The translations under genes were made by a program, and so were the position numbers. Under the pieces are notes generated by a model. That model was not told where the DNA came from, ran no database searches, and saw only the letters and a list, made by a program, of their open reading frames with translations. 64,000 bases of DNA, taken from positions 1,376,001 to 1,440,000 of the forward strand of contig CAVXRD010000001.1 of NCBI GenBank assembly GCA_963764165.1, given 5' to 3'. Positions 48,527 through 58,480 of the stretch are shown in pieces. The DNA comes from an uncultured Verrucomicrobiae bacterium. GTDB lineage: Bacteria > Verrucomicrobiota > Verrucomicrobiia > Limisphaerales > Palsa-1400. Numbering within the stretch: position 1 is the first letter of the stretch; every line of letters starts with the position of its first letter.

Positions 48527-49081
48527 ATGTTTCGGACGCGCGTTGCAGGCGAGACGGAGCTGGGGCTTATCGAGCATCGGCACGCCCGCGAACTTTTTGC
48601 GCTGATTGAGGCGAATCGCGCCTACCTTCGCCCATGGATGAATTGGGTCGACCAGCGGCGCAACCAGACGGAAGCCGCCAATTACATCGCCAACTGCATG
48701 AAGCAATTCGCGCTCGGCCAGGGTTTTTACATGGGGCTGTGGCACGCGAACAAACTCGGCGGCATGATCAACCTCAGCCCCATTGATGCCTTGAGCCGCG
48801 CGACACCCATCGAATATTGGATGGCCGAGAATCTTCAAGGCAAAGGCATCATGACGGCGAGTTGCGGGGTGGCGATGGATTTCGCGTTCGATACGCTGGG
48901 GCTGCATCGCCTGACCATTCGTTGCGCGGAGGAAAACAAACGGAGCCGGGGAGTGGCGGAACGTTTGGGCTTTTCCTTCGAGGGAATCTCGCGCGATGCC
49001 GAATGGCTGCACGATCATTTCGTCAGCCACGCCGTTTACGGCTTTTTGCGCGGGGACAAAAAGCCCGTCACATCCCCATAA
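48527..49081 (+). CDS. GNAT N-acetyltransferase (RimL/RimJ-like)
   Basis: LRPWMNW, EYWMAENLQGKGIMT, NKRSRGVAERLGF. Confidence 0.88.
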   Translation: MFRTRVAGETELGLIEHRHARELFALIEANRAYLRPWMNWVDQRRNQTEAANYIANCMKQFALGQGFYMGLWHANKLGGMINLSPIDALSRATPIEYWMAENLQGKGIMTASCGVAMDFAFDTLGLHRLTIRCAEENKRSRGVAERLGFSFEGISRDAEWLHDHFVSHAVYGFLRGDKKPVTSP

Positions 49082-49838
49082 TTTCGTAGCCGCAATCCAC
49101 GTAGAGAACCTGGCCCGTCATGGCGGCCGCGCCGTCGCTGGCCAGAAACGCCCCGGTCGCGCCCAATTCGTCGGGCAAAACATTTCGTTTCAGGGGCGAG
49201 TGCGCTTCGTAGTGCTTGAGCATGTCGGTGAAACCGGCAATGCCGCGGGCGGCCAGGGTGTTGACCGGCCCGGCGCTGATGCAGTTGACGCGAATTTTCT
49301 TCGCTCCGAGCTCGCTCGCCAAATAGCGCGTGCTGGCTTCCAGCGAAGCCTTGGCCACACCCATGACGTTGTAATGCGGGACAACTTTCTGCGACCCGTA
49401 ATAGGTCATCGCCAAAATGCTGCCGCCTTCGGTCATCAATGGCTCGGCGCCGCGAGCCAGCGCCACCAGCGAATAGGCGCTGACATCATGCGCCACGCGA
49501 AACGCTTCTCGGGTGGTATTGAGAAACGTTCCCTCCAGCGCCTCGCGCGGCGCGAACGCCACCGAGTGGAGGAGCAAATGCATTTTCCCGAACTTTTCCC
49601 GCATTGATTCCATCACACGGGCGATGTCTTCGTCGCGGGTGACATCGCAAGGCATCAAAAGTGTGTCCGGGCCGAAGGTGCCGGCGAGTTCCTCCACGTT
49701 TTCCTTGAGGCGCTCGCCCTGGTAAGTGAAAGCAAGCGTGGCGCCCTCCTTGTGCCAGGCCTGGGCAATAGCCCACGCGATGGAACGTTTATTGGCGACG
49801 CCTACGACTAATCCGATTTTTCCAGCTAACATTGACAT
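49068..49838 (-). CDS. fabI: Enoyl-ACP reductase
   Basis: GVANKRSIAWAIA, HSVAFA, YNVMGVAKASLE, ISAGPVNTLAA. Confidence 0.96.
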   Translation of the reverse strand: MSMLAGKIGLVVGVANKRSIAWAIAQAWHKEGATLAFTYQGERLKENVEELAGTFGPDTLLMPCDVTRDEDIARVMESMREKFGKMHLLLHSVAFAPREALEGTFLNTTREAFRVAHDVSAYSLVALARGAEPLMTEGGSILAMTYYGSQKVVPHYNVMGVAKASLEASTRYLASELGAKKIRVNCISAGPVNTLAARGIAGFTDMLKHYEAHSPLKRNVLPDELGATGAFLASDGAAAMTGQVLYVDCGYEIMGM

Positions 49839-49896
49839 GGCGCGGGCAATAAGAATCCAGTTTACCGCCAAGTCAAAGAAAAATATGAAACCGCGG

Positions 49897-50130
49897 TTAA
49901 TGGATGCTGTCCATCGAGAGCCGCCGGTCCGGCGTGTTTCCATCGAAACGGACGATGAGTTCGACGTTTCGAAAACCGCGGCCCAGGCAAGTATTGACGG
50001 CGTTTAGGATATTGGGGAAGCGCAGCGCCTCCTCCGCCTTTTTAACCCAGCGGCCCGCCGGGCTCAAAAATTTATTCAAAGAGACGTGCCTCACTACGAA
50101 GCTGCTCGGTGATGGATTGTCTTTTTGCAT
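49897..50130 (-). CDS. Small hypothetical protein (77 aa)
   Basis: ATG-started ORF with protein-like composition (FLSPAGRWVKKAEEALRF...VELIVRFD) in an otherwise empty intergenic space. Confidence 0.5.
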   Translation of the reverse strand: MQKDNPSPSSFVVRHVSLNKFLSPAGRWVKKAEEALRFPNILNAVNTCLGRGFRNVELIVRFDGNTPDRRLSMDSIH

Positions 50131-50421
50131 ATGTCGAAACTACACCGCCGAAAACATTTGCCAATCGGGGGAAACCCGCGATGCGACGCAGGGAACGCGG
50201 CAAATGTCGTTGAGTTTCGCTAATTCACGGCGGGCGCCAAGCATAATTCAACAGTTTTGCTTTGCGCGCCCGCTTAAAAGCGGATGCGTGACACCAAGCC
50301 CGCGACACAGTGCGCTCCGATCAATTTCTTGCGCGCACCATCCATTGGTAATCACACCCTTTGGTTCGCTCTGGCCACATCCGGCATCGCAATTTCCGCT
50401 CCGCCCATTATCTTTCGGGGA

Positions 50422-53400
50422 TTGAGCAATCCATCTCTAACCAAGCAGCAACTGGAAGCCGCCGCCGCGCGGGGCAATGTCCTGGTGGTGGCGGGCGCGG
50501 GCGCGGGCAAAACCCGCACGCTGGTCGAGCGCTGCCTCGCCTGGCTGCTGGATGCCAACACTCCCGGCAGCGTCGATGAGCTTTTGATGGTGACGTTCAC
50601 GCAGGCCGCCGCCGCCGAAATGCGCAAGCGCCTGCGCGACGGCCTCGAACGCGCCCCCTCAAACGCCCCCCGGCTGGCCGAGCAACTGGCCTTGCTCGAC
50701 ACCGCCCGGATTTGCACGCTGCACAGCTTTTGTTTCGAGCTGGTCAGCCAGCATTTCTACGAACTTGGCCTGGACCCGCAGCTAACGGTCCTGTCAAATG
50801 AAGAGTCGCATTCGCTGGAACGGCGGGCGATGGATGGCGTGCTGGAGAAGATTTACGATTCCAAAGAGCCGGGCGACGCCGCAATCCAGAAGCTGATCCA
50901 AATCACCGGCGGCGATGGCGACAAACCGCTGCGCGATTTGATCATCAAATTGCACCATTACGGCCAAACCTTGCGCGACCCGGACGGCTGGTTCGCAAGT
51001 CAAAAGGCGATGTTCGAATCTCCGGAGCCGCGCGAGTGGAAATGGCGGCTCCTGGAGGCGCTTGAACATTGGCGCGAAACGTGGCTGCCAATCCTGGAAT
51101 CGCAACCATCCGAGAACACGAACGCCGCGAAATGCGCCATCGTTTTGAAAATGCTGAAAGCGCCCGTCACTCCGAAAGAATGGGCGGCGGCGATGGCGGA
51201 CATTAAATTGATTGACCAGGATTGGGCGCGCGCCCGGAAAAAGTGGCGCGATCCCATTGAGGACTTTTTCGAGGAATCGGAGTTTCTTGATTCGCTTTGC
51301 GCAACGCCGGAAGCGGCGGATCCATTGCTGGAAGATTGGAATTGGGCCCGCCCTTCCATGCTTGCGCTGCTCGACGTGGCGCGCCGATTTGCCGACGCGC
51401 ATTCGCAGGCAAAGCGGAATTTTGGCGGCATTGATTTTCACGATCTCGAACAATTCGCTCTCCGCCTTTTGTGGAATGGCAGCGTCCCGAGCGCCATCGC
51501 CATGCAGTGGCGCGCGAAATTGCGATTGATTTTCGTGGATGAATTCCAGGACATCAACGCCGCCCAGGAAGCTATCATCCTCGCGCTGGCACGCGAGGGC
51601 GCGGCGGCGAATCGGTTTCTTGTCGGCGACGTCAAGCAAAGCATCTACCGCTTCCGCCTGGCCGATCCGCGCATCTTTGTCAAATACAAGGCGGACTGGG
51701 AGCTGGCGGGCGCGGCGGGAAAGACGCTGCTGCTCTCGGAAAATTTCCGCAGCCACGAGGGGATTCTGAATTTCGTCAACGGCTTGTTCTCCATGATCAT
51801 GCGCAAGAATCTTGGCGGCGTCGAATATGACGAGGCGGCGAAATTGATTTTTGGCGACCGCGAAAGGCGGGCCGAGATGGCCAATTCCGATTCCGCTCCT
51901 CCGCCGGTCGAATTGCTGCTGCGGCGCAAGGGCGACGCCGCGGAAGATGAGGAAAATGCGTCCGACGCCGAGAAAGAGGCGCGCATGGTGGGCAGGCGGT
52001 TGCTGGAATTGCACCGCGATGCCACAAAGCCGGTGGCGTGGAGCGAGATGGTGATTTTGCTGCGCGCGCCGAAAAATAAAACCGCCCCTTACGCGAAGGA
52101 ATTCAATCGCCTCGGCATCCCCCTTGCCGCAGCCCGGGGCGGATTTTTCGACAGCCCCGAAGCGCGTGATTTCCTGGGCCTGCTGCAACTGCTGGATAAT
52201 CCGCTGCAAGACCTGCCGCTGCTGGGCGTGCTGCGCTCGCCCATCGTTGGCATAACGGATGGCGAATTGGCTGAGATTCGCATTTCCCATCCACGCGGGC
52301 GCTTTTGGGAAGCCCTGGTGGAATGGCATGGGAAAAATCAAACAGCGCCGCTCGGCGCGGTGGCGAAGGCCGGGCGCTTTCTGCAAAGATATCACGAGTG
52401 GCGCGCCATGGCCCGGCAGGAACCTGTTTCCCAGAGTCTGGAAACTCTACTTGACGCAACACACTACGCCGATTGGCTTGAAACTCAGACGCGCGGCGAG
52501 CAAGGACGGGCCAACCTGGAGCGACTTTTGCAGCTCGCCCGGCAGTTCGACACCAATCGCGGCGAAAGCCTTTCGCGATTCCTCGGTTTCATGGAAGCGC
52601 AGCAGGAAAGCGACGACGAGTCGGAGCCGGCTCCGACCACAGAAGACGCCGTCCGGCTGATGAGCATCCATCAAAGCAAGGGCCTCGAATTTCCCGTCGT
52701 GGTCGTGGCGGATTTGGGAAAGCGATTCAACTTTCGCGACCTTTCCGCCAAAATTATACTTGATGAAGAACTCGGCCTCTGTCCCCGCGTGCGTCCGCCC
52801 GATGCTTTCCAAACCTGGCCCAGCCTCCCGTATTGGGTGGCCCAGCGCCGGCAAAAGCGCGAATTGGTCGGAGAGGAATTGCGCCTGCTCTACGTTGCGA
52901 TGACGCGGGCGGAGAAGCGTTTGATTTTGGCGGGAACGGCATCGCAAAAGGCCATCGCGGAAAAATGGCCGAAGCGCGCGCGGGCAGGTCCTGACCTCGC
53001 GCACGTTCTGGCTGCCGCCGGCTTTCTGGATTGGATCGGAAGCTGGCCGCCCGGCGGGGCCGATTTCAGCGCCACGGGGAGGAACGCGTTTTTCCAATGG
53101 ACGGTTTGCGATGATGATCATCCGTGGCTCGCCCGCGCGGAAATTGTCGCGCCCGAAACCAACGCCCCCTCGAGCGAGTTCGAGCTAACTCCAGAAACAC
53201 GCGAGCGGCTTGATTGGCAATATGCGTTCACGCGCGAAACCCATATTCCCGCCAAGGCCAGCGTCTCCGCCTTGCGACGCGAGATGGCCCCGGATGCGCT
53301 TGAGGAGACGCGCGTATTTCGGTTTGACACGAGGCCGAAAGAAACAGCAGACGGATTCGGTGCGAGCGAAATCGGGCTGGCACATCATGCCTTTCTGGAA

Positions 53401-53970
53401 AAAATGTCCTTGGAACGCGCGGGCACGCTGGAGAGTTTGCAGCGCGAGCGCTCTCGGATGGAAGTGGAAAAAGCGCTCTCACCGCAGGAACTCGCCTCCC
53501 TGGATCTTGACGCGCTGGCCGCGTTTTGGAATTCGGATGTCGGAAGGCAAATTGTGGAGCATCGCGCCGAAGTGCGCCGCGAACTGGCTTTCACCGCCCG
53601 CTTTGGGGTGGATGAGCTTTCTGCATTGGGCGCGGCGGAATTTGGCGGGGCGGCGGCTGATGAATTTGTGATAGTGCAAGGCGTCATCGATCTTGCTGTT
53701 TTCCTGCCGAACGAAATCTGGCTGCTTGATTTCAAGACCGACCACTTCAATGCTGCAGAACGGGAGCGAAAAATCGATGCCTACCGTCCGCAAATCGAAC
53801 TTTACGCCGCCGCTGTCGCCCGCATTTATGGAAAGCCGGTTACGAATCGCTGGCTTCACTTCATTGCCAGCCGACACACGGCGGCTCTCGGGGTTGCCGC
53901 GCCTGCCCAAACGGACAACGCAGCGCAAATGGATTTACCGGGACTTGTCTCCGAACGGCCTGTCCGTTAA
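50422..53970 (+). CDS. addA: UvrD-type helicase-nuclease AddA
   Basis: AGAGAGKT, VTFTQAAAAEM, VDEFQD, VGDVKQSIYRFR, SIHQSKGLEF, YVAMTRA; RecB-type nuclease GVID...DFKTD; start set at TTG 50422. Confidence 0.9.
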   Translation: MSNPSLTKQQLEAAAARGNVLVVAGAGAGKTRTLVERCLAWLLDANTPGSVDELLMVTFTQAAAAEMRKRLRDGLERAPSNAPRLAEQLALLDTARICTLHSFCFELVSQHFYELGLDPQLTVLSNEESHSLERRAMDGVLEKIYDSKEPGDAAIQKLIQITGGDGDKPLRDLIIKLHHYGQTLRDPDGWFASQKAMFESPEPREWKWRLLEALEHWRETWLPILESQPSENTNAAKCAIVLKMLKAPVTPKEWAAAMADIKLIDQDWARARKKWRDPIEDFFEESEFLDSLCATPEAADPLLEDWNWARPSMLALLDVARRFADAHSQAKRNFGGIDFHDLEQFALRLLWNGSVPSAIAMQWRAKLRLIFVDEFQDINAAQEAIILALAREGAAANRFLVGDVKQSIYRFRLADPRIFVKYKADWELAGAAGKTLLLSENFRSHEGILNFVNGLFSMIMRKNLGGVEYDEAAKLIFGDRERRAEMANSDSAPPPVELLLRRKGDAAEDEENASDAEKEARMVGRRLLELHRDATKPVAWSEMVILLRAPKNKTAPYAKEFNRLGIPLAAARGGFFDSPEARDFLGLLQLLDNPLQDLPLLGVLRSPIVGITDGELAEIRISHPRGRFWEALVEWHGKNQTAPLGAVAKAGRFLQRYHEWRAMARQEPVSQSLETLLDATHYADWLETQTRGEQGRANLERLLQLARQFDTNRGESLSRFLGFMEAQQESDDESEPAPTTEDAVRLMSIHQSKGLEFPVVVVADLGKRFNFRDLSAKIILDEELGLCPRVRPPDAFQTWPSLPYWVAQRRQKRELVGEELRLLYVAMTRAEKRLILAGTASQKAIAEKWPKRARAGPDLAHVLAAAGFLDWIGSWPPGGADFSATGRNAFFQWTVCDDDHPWLARAEIVAPETNAPSSEFELTPETRERLDWQYAFTRETHIPAKASVSALRREMAPDALEETRVFRFDTRPKETADGFGASEIGLAHHAFLEKMSLERAGTLESLQRERSRMEVEKALSPQELASLDLDALAAFWNSDVGRQIVEHRAEVRRELAFTARFGVDELSALGAAEFGGAAADEFVIVQGVIDLAVFLPNEIWLLDFKTDHFNAAERERKIDAYRPQIELYAAAVARIYGKPVTNRWLHFIASRHTAALGVAAPAQTDNAAQMDLPGLVSERPVR

Positions 53971-54013
53971 CGTCCGATTTCGGCGCGGCCTCGCGTTGCG
54001 CCCCAACGATTTT

Positions 54014-55258
54014 ATGTCTGACTCATATTTGCAAAATTTGTTTGCCGCGCGCATTGGCGGCAAGGAATACGGGAAATCGACCGCGATTTATAAGTTCGAG
54101 AAAATCAAGCGGGCCAAACGCGCGGCGCTGGCCGCCCATCCCGGCGCGGAAATCATCGACCTTGGCGTCGGCGAGCCGGATGAAATGGCGTTTCCCGAGG
54201 TGGTGGCGCAATTGAACGCCGCCGCTTCCAAGCCGGAAAATCGCGGCTATGCGGACAACGGCGACGACGTTCTTAAGCAAGCCGCCGCGCGCTACCTCGA
54301 CAAGGTTTGCGGCGTGCCGGGCATCCATCCGGACACGGAGGTGCTCCATTCTATCGGCAGCAAAGCGGCGCTGACGATTCTGCCGGCAGCCTTCATTGAT
54401 CCGGGCGATTACGTTTTGATGACAACACCGGGCTATCCTGTTTTCGGAACGCACTCGAAATATTACGGCGGATTGGTGCATCAACTGGCGCTGCTCGAAT
54501 CGAACTGCTTTCTACCCGATCTCAGCTCCATCCCCGCCGAGGTTTTGAAGAAAAGCAAAGTGCTGGTGATCAATTATCCGAACAACCCGACGGGCGCTTC
54601 GGCCACCAAGGAATTCTTCGCGCAGGTGGTCGAGTTCGCTGTCAAGAATCAGATTCTCGTCATCCACGACGCCGCTTACGCCGCGCTGGTTTTCGAGGGC
54701 AAGCCGCTCAGTTTTCTGGCCACGCCGGGAGCGAAGGAGGTCGGCATCGAACTGCATTCGACCAGCAAGAGCTTCAACATGACCGGCTGGCGCTGCGGAT
54801 TCGTGGCGGGCAATGAACGGCTGGTGCGCGCTTACGGCGATATCAAGGACAACTCCGATTCCGGCCAATTTCTCGCCATCCAGCACGCGGCGGCATACTG
54901 CTTCGATCACCCGGAAATCACGGAGAAAATTGCTGCGAAATATTCGCGCCGCATGGATGGCCTGGTGCAAACGCTGCGCAAAGCGGGGTTTGCCGCGACG
55001 AAGCCCAAGGGATCGTTTTTCCTCTACGTCAAATCGCCCAAAGCCGCCACGGAAAAAGGCGCGCGGCGCGAATTCAAAAATGCCGAGGATGTTTCACAGT
55101 GGCTGATCACCGAAAAGCTGATTTCAACGGTGCCCTGGGACGACGCAGGCGCGTATCTGCGTTTCAGCGTCACGTTTATTGCGAAGGATCCGGCGGACGA
55201 AAAACGGGTGCTGGCCGAAATTGGCGCGCGCCTGGACGGCGTCACTTTTGAGTTTTAG
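54014..55258 (+). CDS. dapL: LL-diaminopimelate aminotransferase (class I/II PLP aminotransferase)
   Basis: IYKFEKIKRAK, IDLGVGEPD, NYPNNPTG, DAAY, SKSFNMTGWR, KDNSDSGQF. Confidence 0.85.
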   Translation: MSDSYLQNLFAARIGGKEYGKSTAIYKFEKIKRAKRAALAAHPGAEIIDLGVGEPDEMAFPEVVAQLNAAASKPENRGYADNGDDVLKQAAARYLDKVCGVPGIHPDTEVLHSIGSKAALTILPAAFIDPGDYVLMTTPGYPVFGTHSKYYGGLVHQLALLESNCFLPDLSSIPAEVLKKSKVLVINYPNNPTGASATKEFFAQVVEFAVKNQILVIHDAAYAALVFEGKPLSFLATPGAKEVGIELHSTSKSFNMTGWRCGFVAGNERLVRAYGDIKDNSDSGQFLAIQHAAAYCFDHPEITEKIAAKYSRRMDGLVQTLRKAGFAATKPKGSFFLYVKSPKAATEKGARREFKNAEDVSQWLITEKLISTVPWDDAGAYLRFSVTFIAKDPADEKRVLAEIGARLDGVTFEF

Positions 55259-56574
55259 AGAAATCGCGAAAATATTCCTGACGGAATTGCTGCTCGGCCG
55301 CGAGGCGCGTTAAGCAGGCATCCCAATCCAGCGACGGTCGCGAAGCAGGGACTTTAATCGGCGTCCGTTTGCCTTTGTGCCCGGCGGCGAGGCGGCGGAA
55401 TGTTTTGCCCCAGAGTTTTGGCTGGCCGTCGGCTGTCAATAATCCGATCAACTCGCTGCAATCTTTTGCGTCGGGATCATCGAATAATCCCCAGTTGAGC
55501 CAGCCGCAGGCAAACGGCGCGGAAATTTCGACGGCGCGGCGGTCGGTACTCCTCCTGTTGTTCTTGTGTGGCGGGTGGAAATTGGCCGTCGTTGAAATGG
55601 GCCACGCCGCCGCCGTACCAGCCGAATTCGCCCAGCACCACGGGTTTTCCGGCGAGCGACGTTTCACGCACGACGCATTCGAGATAGGCCAGATTTCGCC
55701 GCAAAGATTCCTCGGAGCGGTATTTGTAACCGCCATCCTCCAATGGGTAAAAATGGACGGTCAGGAAATCGAGAAACTTCGCCTGCCGATGCGGGCGGAA
55801 TCCCGAGTATTGGCTCAAGGCGGGGAGCAGCGAAGGAATCGACCATTGAATCATACCGACCGTGACCAATGCAGCAGGATCAGCAGATTTGATGGCGGCC
55901 ACTTGCTGGCGGGTCCAATCGTCGGCGATTTGTTCGCGGCGGAGTTGGAATTTCAGAAGCGCCGCGGCGTCCGCTTTTTCCGAAACGGCATCCTTCAGCT
56001 CATTCCATCCAACGCTTGGTTCGTTGCGAAGATCGTAGGCAAAAATCACCGTCCGCCCCGCATAACGCGCCGCGAATTGCCTCCAAAACGCCTCCAGCGC
56101 CACGAGCGTTTGCTCGTCCTCCAATCCGCCCAAGGGCCAATGCGGCGCGCCTTCCCACATATCCGGCCCGGTGGGATGCACGTAGATTCCGGCGGCTTCC
56201 GCGATGGACAGGAATTGATCAAATTTCTCGAGACCGGCGGGATCCAATTTACCTGCCTCGCTGTAAAAGGAGCCGTAGCTGAGAAAAACGCGGACGCAAT
56301 TCACGCCCAGCTTTTTCATGCGCTTGAAATCGTCACGGGTGGCCGCAGGGTCGAATTGTTTCCAAACTTGCGGCGCCCAGCCGGTGTGCGGGCGATAATA
56401 TGTTACGCCGAAGGGAACGAACGGTTTGCCGCGCGCATCAACAAAGCCGTGTCCATCGGAAGCCACGCGAATTTTAGGCAACGCGGCAGCGGCACGAAGA
56501 GAAAACGCGCTGGCCATCCAAAGAAAGGCCAGCGCGTAAATCCGAAAATCCGATCTTGTTACGCGAAGAAACAA
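55242..56574 (-). pseudogene. GH5-like glycoside hydrolase with a frameshift near 55545
   Basis: ORF 55477-56574 has AYDLRNEP, VHFYP and LGEFG; the natural C-terminus (GWLNWGLFDDP...) continues in the frame ending at 55242. Confidence 0.75.
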
Positions 56575-57137
56575 AGCGAAGACGCTGCGATAGCCAGGCC
56601 GGTAATCCGCACCGCGACCGGCTGCTTTTTCGTGCCGAGGCCGATAGCCACGCCCGCGGCGTGCAGGGCGACCGTCGAAATCAGGAAACCGGCGCTGAAG
56701 GGAATCGCGCTCGCGGCGGCAGGCATTTCGTGGCCGTGGGCGTATCCGTGGAAAAGCGCAAGGAAGCCAACGATCATCATGCCAACGCTTGGCTTGAATT
56801 GTTTTGCGCTGGCGACCAAACCGCCCAACACGAGAAGCGAGGCTGCGATCACCAATTCAACTCCCGGCATGTAGGCGCCCGAGACTCCGAGGAATCCGCC
56901 CAGCAGCATCATGCCGACGAAGCTGGCCGGAATCATCCAAACCGCGCGGCCTCGATAGCTGGCGGCCCACAGACCGACGGCGAGCATGGCAAGCATGTGA
57001 TCCATGCCAGTGAGCGGATGGAGCAGCCCTTCGGAAAATCCGTGGCTCGTTCCAGGGAGGATGTGGGCGGAAGCAAGATTCGGCAGCAGGAGCAATGCGC
57101 TCAAGACCAGCAGGGATTTCGACAAATTCTTTTTCAT
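56559..57137 (-). CDS. HupE/UreJ family Ni/Co transporter
   Basis: GLLHPLTGMDHMLAM, FHGYAHGHE, TVALH. Confidence 0.93.
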   Translation of the reverse strand: MKKNLSKSLLVLSALLLLPNLASAHILPGTSHGFSEGLLHPLTGMDHMLAMLAVGLWAASYRGRAVWMIPASFVGMMLLGGFLGVSGAYMPGVELVIAASLLVLGGLVASAKQFKPSVGMMIVGFLALFHGYAHGHEMPAAASAIPFSAGFLISTVALHAAGVAIGLGTKKQPVAVRITGLAIAASSLCFFA

Positions 57138-57240
57138 AAAATAATCTCCCGGATCAAAACGATTATGAATGCGAAACTACCACAGCCTGAGTCAGTGCGT
57201 CAACCCAGATTCAAGACCCGGATTCAGAAACCGCAGAGTG

Positions 57241-57376
57241 GCCACAGATTTACACAGATCAACACAGATTAAACAAAAACAGAAAACCTGGTTGCGGAAG
57301 CTTGACTTGATGAGTTCAGCGGGTTGGGGCCTGTTCATCGAAGCTCTTCTCAGAAAATCTGTGTTCAATCTGTGGC
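57241..57376. repeat. Inverted repeat of 10-bp periodic cacagat units
   Basis: gccacagatttacacagatcaacacagat ... atctgtgttcaatctgtggc. Confidence 0.8.
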
Positions 57377-57391
57377 TGAAATCGTTTGGCC

Positions 57392-58390
57392 TTACGCGGC
57401 GGCGCGTTTCATGCGGCTTTGGCGGAAATTGTCCAGTCCCACGGCAATGATAATGACGATGCCAATGATGATTTCCTGGGTGAAATTCTGCCAGCCCATT
57501 TGGTTGCAGCCGTTGCGCAGCACCGCCATGATGATCGCGCCAATGAGCGACCCAAGAATGCTTCCCGTCCCGCCGCTCAAGCTCGCGCCGCCAATAACCA
57601 CGGCCGCAATTACATCAAGTTCCAGGCCAATCGCCACCGTTGGATCACCCAGCGTAAGCCGCGATTCCTGCATCAAGCCGGCGAGGCCGAACATCAATCC
57701 GGCCAGCGCGTAAATGAACACTTTGACGAGGCGCACGCGAATGCCGCACAAACGCGCCGTCGCTTCGTTCGATCCGATGGCGTAAATGTAGCGGCCAAAA
57801 ACCGTCTGCCGCATCAGGACCGAAACGGCGATGGCCAGCGCAATCGCAATCCATACGCCCGGCGGCAGCGGAAACAGGTCGTTCGGCGAAAGACGCGACA
57901 TCAAATGGTTGAGTGGCACGTTGGGTGGATTGTTGACAGTCTGGTTGCCCGAGAGCCATTTTCCCGTGCCGCGCACGACGCCCATCATCCCCAGCGTCAC
58001 GATAAACGGCGTCATGCGCAATCCGGCGATGACAAGGCCGTTGACGAGGCCAACCAACCCGCCCGCCAGCACCGTCAGCGCGATCACAGATGCAGTGGAA
58101 TAGCCTTTGACCAGGAGCGTGGCGCCGCAGACGCTGGTCAGCGCAACGACGGAGCCGACGCTCAAATCAATGCCGCCGCTGACGATAATCATGGTCATTC
58201 CCAGAGCGCCGATGGCGACGATGACGGTTTGGATCAGGATGAGTTTGAAATTTCCACCGGTAAATAAATAGGGGCGGACATCGGGGCTGAGCGAAAACAG
58301 CCCGAGCACCAGCAGCAGTCCGAAGAATGGCCCGACAACATTGAGCGCGTGGGAAAACTTGAAGGCCTTGGCGCGGTCAGCATTGTTCAT
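57392..58390 (-). CDS. Sugar ABC transporter permease (RbsC-like)
   Basis: GGIDLSVG, FIVTLG, FGRYIYAIGSNEATARLCG, ELDVIAAVVIGGASLSGG. Confidence 0.93.
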   Translation of the reverse strand: MNNADRAKAFKFSHALNVVGPFFGLLLVLGLFSLSPDVRPYLFTGGNFKLILIQTVIVAIGALGMTMIIVSGGIDLSVGSVVALTSVCGATLLVKGYSTASVIALTVLAGGLVGLVNGLVIAGLRMTPFIVTLGMMGVVRGTGKWLSGNQTVNNPPNVPLNHLMSRLSPNDLFPLPPGVWIAIALAIAVSVLMRQTVFGRYIYAIGSNEATARLCGIRVRLVKVFIYALAGLMFGLAGLMQESRLTLGDPTVAIGLELDVIAAVVIGGASLSGGTGSILGSLIGAIIMAVLRNGCNQMGWQNFTQEIIIGIVIIIAVGLDNFRQSRMKRAAA

Positions 58391-58449
58391 TGATGCCTTA
58401 CGCTGAATAACTCCCGCATCAAAGGCCAGCCAAAAAAATTCTTTAGATA

Positions 58450-58480
58450 GGTGGGGACGCCTTGCCGAGGCGTCCCTGCC
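58450..58480. repeat. Single family-A REP with feet at both ends
   Basis: ggtggggacgccttgccgaggcgtccctgcc. Confidence 0.8.

Noticed and set aside
57140..57240. Cobalamin or NiCo riboswitch upstream of hupE/ureJ
   Set aside because: No B12-box or other recognisable conserved elements; the space is short and bounded by a periodic repeat.
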